A stretch of DNA of 64,000 nt from Bdellovibrionales bacterium (lineage in GTDB: Bacteria; Bdellovibrionota; Bdellovibrionia; Bdellovibrionales; UBA1609): contig OZ241456.1 in NCBI GenBank assembly GCA_965200875.1, positions 782,588 through 846,587 of the forward strand, written 5' to 3'. Below the pieces are notes generated by a model that saw only the letters and a program-made list of their open reading frames with translations, did not search any database and was not told where the DNA came from. Made by a program: the position numbers and the translations under genes. Shown piece after piece: positions 59,865-64,000 of this stretch. Each line of letters opens with the position of its first letter. The first letter of the stretch is position 1.

Positions 59865-60365
59865 TTAAAAAACCTTTCTACTGATTCTTATGGGGTAGCC
59901 AAAAATTTTTCCAAAAACCGAAAAATCAATTATTAGAAATAATATAATAAATTCCATAATTTTTAAAATCAAAAGAAAAATTTTTCTTAAGTTTTTTCTG
60001 ATCCTAACGATGCAATAAGTTATTATCATAATCCTCCGTGAAAAAGGTTGTTTCATGGTGTAGGAAAAAGAGTTAATGATTTTTGGATCTATGGACCAGA
60101 GTTGCTTTTTGTTTTTTTTGTCAGGGAGCTGGAACAGGTTGTTATTTTCCAGCATCTCTGCATAATCTTTACTTCTTATAGTTCTAATATACCCAAGATA
60201 AACAGATACAAAGTATTTGTCGTGTATTTTAGTTTCTTTTGAAGATTTTATATTATTTTCAGCAATTTTCACATAATCAGGATTAATTTCTATACCCAAT
60301 AAATTTTGCTTTATTTTAGAGTTTTTTGGGAGTCCATTGTGCATAAGAGGCCAACTCCTTTGCAT
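59865..60365 (-). other. ORF of doubtful coding status, possibly a DNA methyltransferase C-terminal remnant
   Basis: Only LLGIEINPDYVKIAENNIK resembles the conserved ...GIE.n.eY...A..Ri tail of N4/N6 methyltransferases. The rest looks like translated AT-rich spacer. Confidence 0.25.
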
Positions 60366-60726
60366 GGGTAATTTGATCGTCTCTTTTTATTCTTGCAGGC
60401 AAACGAATGTCGGCATGGTATGGGTTATCTGGAGTGGATGTTGCTTGTATTGTTCTGTTATTTTTTCGGGCTAATAAGGCCTTGATTTTTGCCCAACCAT
60501 AAAAAGATCGGTTTGTATTTGATTTTTTTGATCGTATTTCTGCATTTTTATCCTGAATGTGAATTAGTTTTTTTACAGAGCAAAAACCAAACCGATCTAC
60601 AGAAATAGGGTTGTTTTCTCTTTCTAAAAAAGCACGATGTCTTACTTTGTTTCCATCACGGCTTATTTGTCCATTGGAAAACACAGCTCTGCCTAAAAAG
60701 TCATCGTCATAAATATCTTTACGCAT
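60316..60726 (-). CDS. hypothetical protein (third gene of overlapping operon)
   Basis: 136-aa ORF. It overlaps the upstream gene by 8 nt. No family recognised. Confidence 0.5.
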   Translation of the reverse strand: MRKDIYDDDFLGRAVFSNGQISRDGNKVRHRAFLERENNPISVDRFGFCSVKKLIHIQDKNAEIRSKKSNTNRSFYGWAKIKALLARKNNRTIQATSTPDNPYHADIRLPARIKRDDQITHAKELASYAQWTPKKL

Positions 60727-61639
60727 TTTGTATATATCTGTCCTCTTTATGGGAAATGTAATTGACTTTTTCCCAGTTTAAAGGTTTTGGTGTTTTTAAT
60801 TCCAAGAGAGTGTTTTTTGAAGAAAATTTTTCAAATTGATTCAGCTGATTTTTGTCATCCAATTTGTGTAACACTTTCCATAACAAGTTATTAGAAAGAA
60901 AATCTTCAATATTGTCACAACGAAAGTGGCTGTTTTTGCCATCTAAAGTGGAAAAATATGCCACACTGCCTTTGGAATCACAAAGTATAAGTATGCCTCT
61001 TCCGGGTTGAGGAGTTAAGTCAATAGCAATTTCTTGATTTTCTGTAGGGTATATATCATAATCATAGTCTGGAAATTCTACATAAACTTCATTTAAAATT
61101 TGCTGGGTGTTTTCTCTAGCTGTTTCGGAAAAAGTGTCAAACCCTTCTTGTTTACATTCTTCTTCTAAGTGGTTTATAATTCTATGTAAGTTTCTTAATA
61201 TGTTACTTTGATTTTTAATTATTACTTCCTGTTGTATTACTTTTTGTGTTTCCAGTGTACTTTGTATTGTATCGTGGTGTGACTTGTCCTTCTCTTTTAT
61301 AAAGGCATGATTTTCTTTTTTAGATTTCATACTGTCAAGGTAATGCTGTTCCTCAGTATAAGATAATAAGTTCCATATCTGCTTTTCAGGTATAGTTTTT
61401 TCAGCCAGTGCGTACTTAGTATTGTCATCAAATGGTGAGTCATATAAATTGGTGTTTTTTGAAAAATAATAAGGACTTGTTCTGATGGAACTTATGAAAG
61501 CACCTGTATTAATGTCCAGCTGATCCAATATCTTTAAGTTAAGCGCAAGCTTTTCCAAAGAGGAATAAAAGGGATTAAAATCTTCCTTAGATACTTGTTC
61601 CAAAACAGATGATTGCTTTCTCCAAAATTTCCATTTCAT
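60719..61639 (-). CDS. hypothetical protein (second gene of overlapping operon)
   Basis: 306-aa ORF. It overlaps the upstream gene by 4 nt. No family recognised. Confidence 0.55.
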   Translation of the reverse strand: MKWKFWRKQSSVLEQVSKEDFNPFYSSLEKLALNLKILDQLDINTGAFISSIRTSPYYFSKNTNLYDSPFDDNTKYALAEKTIPEKQIWNLLSYTEEQHYLDSMKSKKENHAFIKEKDKSHHDTIQSTLETQKVIQQEVIIKNQSNILRNLHRIINHLEEECKQEGFDTFSETARENTQQILNEVYVEFPDYDYDIYPTENQEIAIDLTPQPGRGILILCDSKGSVAYFSTLDGKNSHFRCDNIEDFLSNNLLWKVLHKLDDKNQLNQFEKFSSKNTLLELKTPKPLNWEKVNYISHKEDRYIQNA

Positions 61640-62292
61640 TGAAACATTCCTATAAATTGTTTTGCTTGATTGTAATTTTTGGGCAATTCTTCGATAATGG
61701 TTTCTTTATTATCAGCATACTCGCCCGGATAATGTATGTTTATGTGAAAAAGAGGAACAAAATCTGGTTTAGCTGTTTGAGAACTGTGTTCTACTGCTGG
61801 CTTTTTTTCCAATCTTCTGATTGTAACATTAAACTTTTTTCCTTTGACAGAATAAGATAACTCGATATTATGTATTGTTCCCTTGTTATTTTCAAAACTT
61901 AAGTGAGTACTTTCCAGTTTTACAATTTTTTCCATAATAGAGTCATATTTTACTTCATTTATAAAGTCAAAATTAATGCCAATAGCTTGATATTTAATAT
62001 ATTCAAATATTTTAACATATTTAGATGATATATCTTTTAAAAGATTTAGATTTTTTTCTTGTTCAATAATATTGGAACCTGAAAACTGAAAAATTGTTCT
62101 ATCCGGTTCAGTTGTTATATTAAACCCGTTAGTGTAATTTATTTGGCTGAAAACTGGTGTGCTAATGGAGTTGCCTTTTTTTTCAAAATTTTCAGGAATA
62201 ATTTTTTTATTTTCTAAAAATTCATGGTTTACGGGTGGCAAATAATTCCGTGTCGTCAACACTATAGAACATTTTACTAATATTAATGACAT
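61636..62292 (-). CDS. hypothetical protein (first gene of overlapping operon)
   Basis: 218-aa ORF. There is a weak impression of the TIGR04255-type family (AIGINFDF), which is unverified. Confidence 0.55.
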   Translation of the reverse strand: MSLILVKCSIVLTTRNYLPPVNHEFLENKKIIPENFEKKGNSISTPVFSQINYTNGFNITTEPDRTIFQFSGSNIIEQEKNLNLLKDISSKYVKIFEYIKYQAIGINFDFINEVKYDSIMEKIVKLESTHLSFENNKGTIHNIELSYSVKGKKFNVTIRRLEKKPAVEHSSQTAKPDFVPLFHINIHYPGEYADNKETIIEELPKNYNQAKQFIGMFQ

Positions 62293-62665
62293 TGTTTCTT
62301 TAAAATCTCCAGTTAATCAGTTAACACTTTGTTGTTAACTACAAGCAGTATTTCTGCAAAGTTTTTCTCGCTCGACTGATTCAAATTATTTATACCATAA
62401 CCTGATCAGTAAATCCTAATTTTTTTTTGGGCTTTCAAAATCCATATTTTCGTGGGTGGATGGACTTGCCTGTCACTCCTGTTCTGAATAGAAAAAACTC
62501 TTTTTTTTAAGCACTTAGCCGGCCTTCGAGGCAGGTTCTGTCCCATTTTAAGATCAAATAAGTGCAAGGATACACCGCTCAAGACTGATATGACAGGAGG
62601 TGGGTTTAAAGTTTGCAATATTTGCTCAGCCACTTTTTAGACTCCACTGCTCCTGAATTTGTTGT

Positions 62666-63151
62666 TTATATATATTCTCCGTCCCAAAGCTGGTGATACC
62701 CCTTTTTAACCAAATCTTCTTCTCTTTGATCATATTTGTCACAAAAGTCATGGTAACGTTTGTCGTCTGCAAATTGCTCCAGTTTGTTTTCTTTTATCAA
62801 TATCTCCAGTAACTCCACCTGCTCTTTTGCCAAGTCCTCCCATTCCTCCCAGGGAATGCGTTTATTTCCGAAAAAGGCGCAACAACTACTAATGTACTCT
62901 CTAAGATATACATAAACCGGCAAAATATTAATAAAGTGTCTTTTTTCTCCAGAGTGTGGAGAACCTACATCTATAGCTACAATCCATCCCAGAGCAAATA
63001 GTTTGAGAAATTTTTTTCTACTCCATTTTTCCTTAATTAAAGCCAATAAAAGCTTATCGTTTTCGAAAATATATCTCCCATGTTTTTCAAAAAAGTCACT
63101 TGCCACTATGCAGTCCTGATCTAAAATATTTACAAATTTTTGTAGCTTCAT
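62666..63151 (-). CDS. putative immunity protein for the upstream RES-domain toxin
   Basis: 161-aa ORF. Its start codon overlaps the toxin stop by 1 nt. No signal peptide. Confidence 0.45.
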   Translation of the reverse strand: MKLQKFVNILDQDCIVASDFFEKHGRYIFENDKLLLALIKEKWSRKKFLKLFALGWIVAIDVGSPHSGEKRHFINILPVYVYLREYISSCCAFFGNKRIPWEEWEDLAKEQVELLEILIKENKLEQFADDKRYHDFCDKYDQREEDLVKKGYHQLWDGEYI

Positions 63152-64000
63152 TATTTAAGTTCCATAAAACTTATGATATTTTCTCCACCTTCTGTAAGGG
63201 TAGGGGCAGAAGGAGCTTTAATCGCCTTAAAGCCTTTTCTTTTTGCTATATGACCCAAGATATGAGTCGCTTCATAAGCATTAGGTGTGACATTTGTCAA
63301 TTCTGTCGCAATAGCTTTTTTTGTTAAGGGACTGTCGCTGTTCTTGCTGAGTTGTTTTAAAACATTTGGGTCTGTTAAATCTAGGACCTTGTCCAATTCG
63401 ATGTTTTTAGAACCAATATGAAACAAATCTTCCACTTGTTGATTTGTGATTCGCTTACCTTTAAAACCAGCAGTTATCTCCCTGATAGCAGTTTTGCGAC
63501 TTAAAGAAGTGTAAATGGCTTCTTCCCCGGGAATGGAATACCGCCGGCTGAGGTATGAAGCATTAGGGCGAAACTTAAACAAATCCTCCTGTTGGTTGGA
63601 AAAAATACGCCCTGACCGACTACTGTAACCAGACTTCCTTACTCCTCTCCATACTTCATCTTGTACTAAAACAGGTTGAACTTCATCCATGTTTTTGTAA
63701 ACTAAAGCATAAGTATCACCCACTCTTACCAATTCTGCAGAATTTGGAACTGCGTCCTTTCCCAACTCTCGCGCAAAGCGCATCTGCCTTGCCAAAAACT
63801 CCTCTCCTGATACTGGTAATTTCACACCTGAAGAAGCTAAATCGTCCAAAGCCTTTGTATAATCTTCCACACCAGACTTCCCAGCTAAACGCAAACCCCG
63901 CTCTACTTCCCCTTTTGCAGGGTTTTCTCGTGAAAAAGCACGGCCTAAAAACTTAAGTCCTATTTTTATCTCCTGCCTTGTCCTTAAACCTATATCCTCC
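63151..64000 (-). CDS. C-terminal part of a larger protein ending in a RES-like toxin domain (5-prime end outside the window)
   Basis: RES-like motifs are SRRYSIPGEEAIYTSLSRKTAIREI and YEATHILGHIAKRKGFKAIKAPSA. The frame is open from the tracked TTG at 63894 to the window edge. Confidence 0.55.
   Translation of the reverse strand, partial: EDIGLRTRQEIKIGLKFLGRAFSRENPAKGEVERGLRLAGKSGVEDYTKALDDLASSGVKLPVSGEEFLARQMRFARELGKDAVPNSAELVRVGDTYALVYKNMDEVQPVLVQDEVWRGVRKSGYSSRSGRIFSNQQEDLFKFRPNASYLSRRYSIPGEEAIYTSLSRKTAIREITAGFKGKRITNQQVEDLFHIGSKNIELDKVLDLTDPNVLKQLSKNSDSPLTKKAIATELTNVTPNAYEATHILGHIAKRKGFKAIKAPSAPTLTEGGENIISFMELK

Noticed and set aside
62406-62633. 75-aa minus-strand ORF in the spacer between the immunity-like gene and the three-gene operon
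   Set aside because: It has no RBS, motif or coupling. It more likely lies in the promoter region of the operon.

Overview
AT-rich bacterial chromosomal segment with Gram-negative features (lipoboxes, type IV pilus assembly genes). The taxon cannot be assigned from this window alone. 1-19.9 kb is mostly housekeeping: an aldo/keto reductase, a ZIP transporter, cell-wall enzymes, a solo tRNA-Ile(GAT), RNase HI, a leucine-catabolism-like carboxylase cluster, a giant coiled-coil protein, and a 23S-5S rRNA pair with no 16S upstream. About 20-50.5 kb is an accessory/defence island. It holds an orphan D12 adenine methylase and two divergent secreted-protease loci, each interrupted by a 15-16 nt homopolymer tract. 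It also holds a decayed toxin/antitoxin/SecB-like module. Next comes a type I R-M-like hsdM/hsdS unit without hsdR, which carries AlbA_2, HEPN and MNT inserts. That unit is followed by a second D12 methylase and a fused ABC-ATPase/DUF4435 (PARIS/OLD-like) gene. Further along are a GIY-YIG gene, an AAA-ATPase + DUF4276-like pair, an AAA_14/DUF4143 ATPase, and a DUF4007-like + 1220-aa P-loop NTPase pair interleaved with two secreted pentapeptide-repeat paralogues. The island ends with a Met/Gly-rich oddity. 50.6-59.9 kb is core again (pilP-O-N-M, pilD, ABC transporter, carB). It is followed by an uncharacterised overlapping three-gene operon and a RES-domain toxin C-terminus with a putative immunity gene. 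A palindromic repeat family (ATTCCC-N8-GGGAAT core) peppers the island, including in-frame insertions in hsdS. No integrase, transposase, CRISPR array or cas gene was seen. All family names come from motif recognition by eye and need HMM confirmation.
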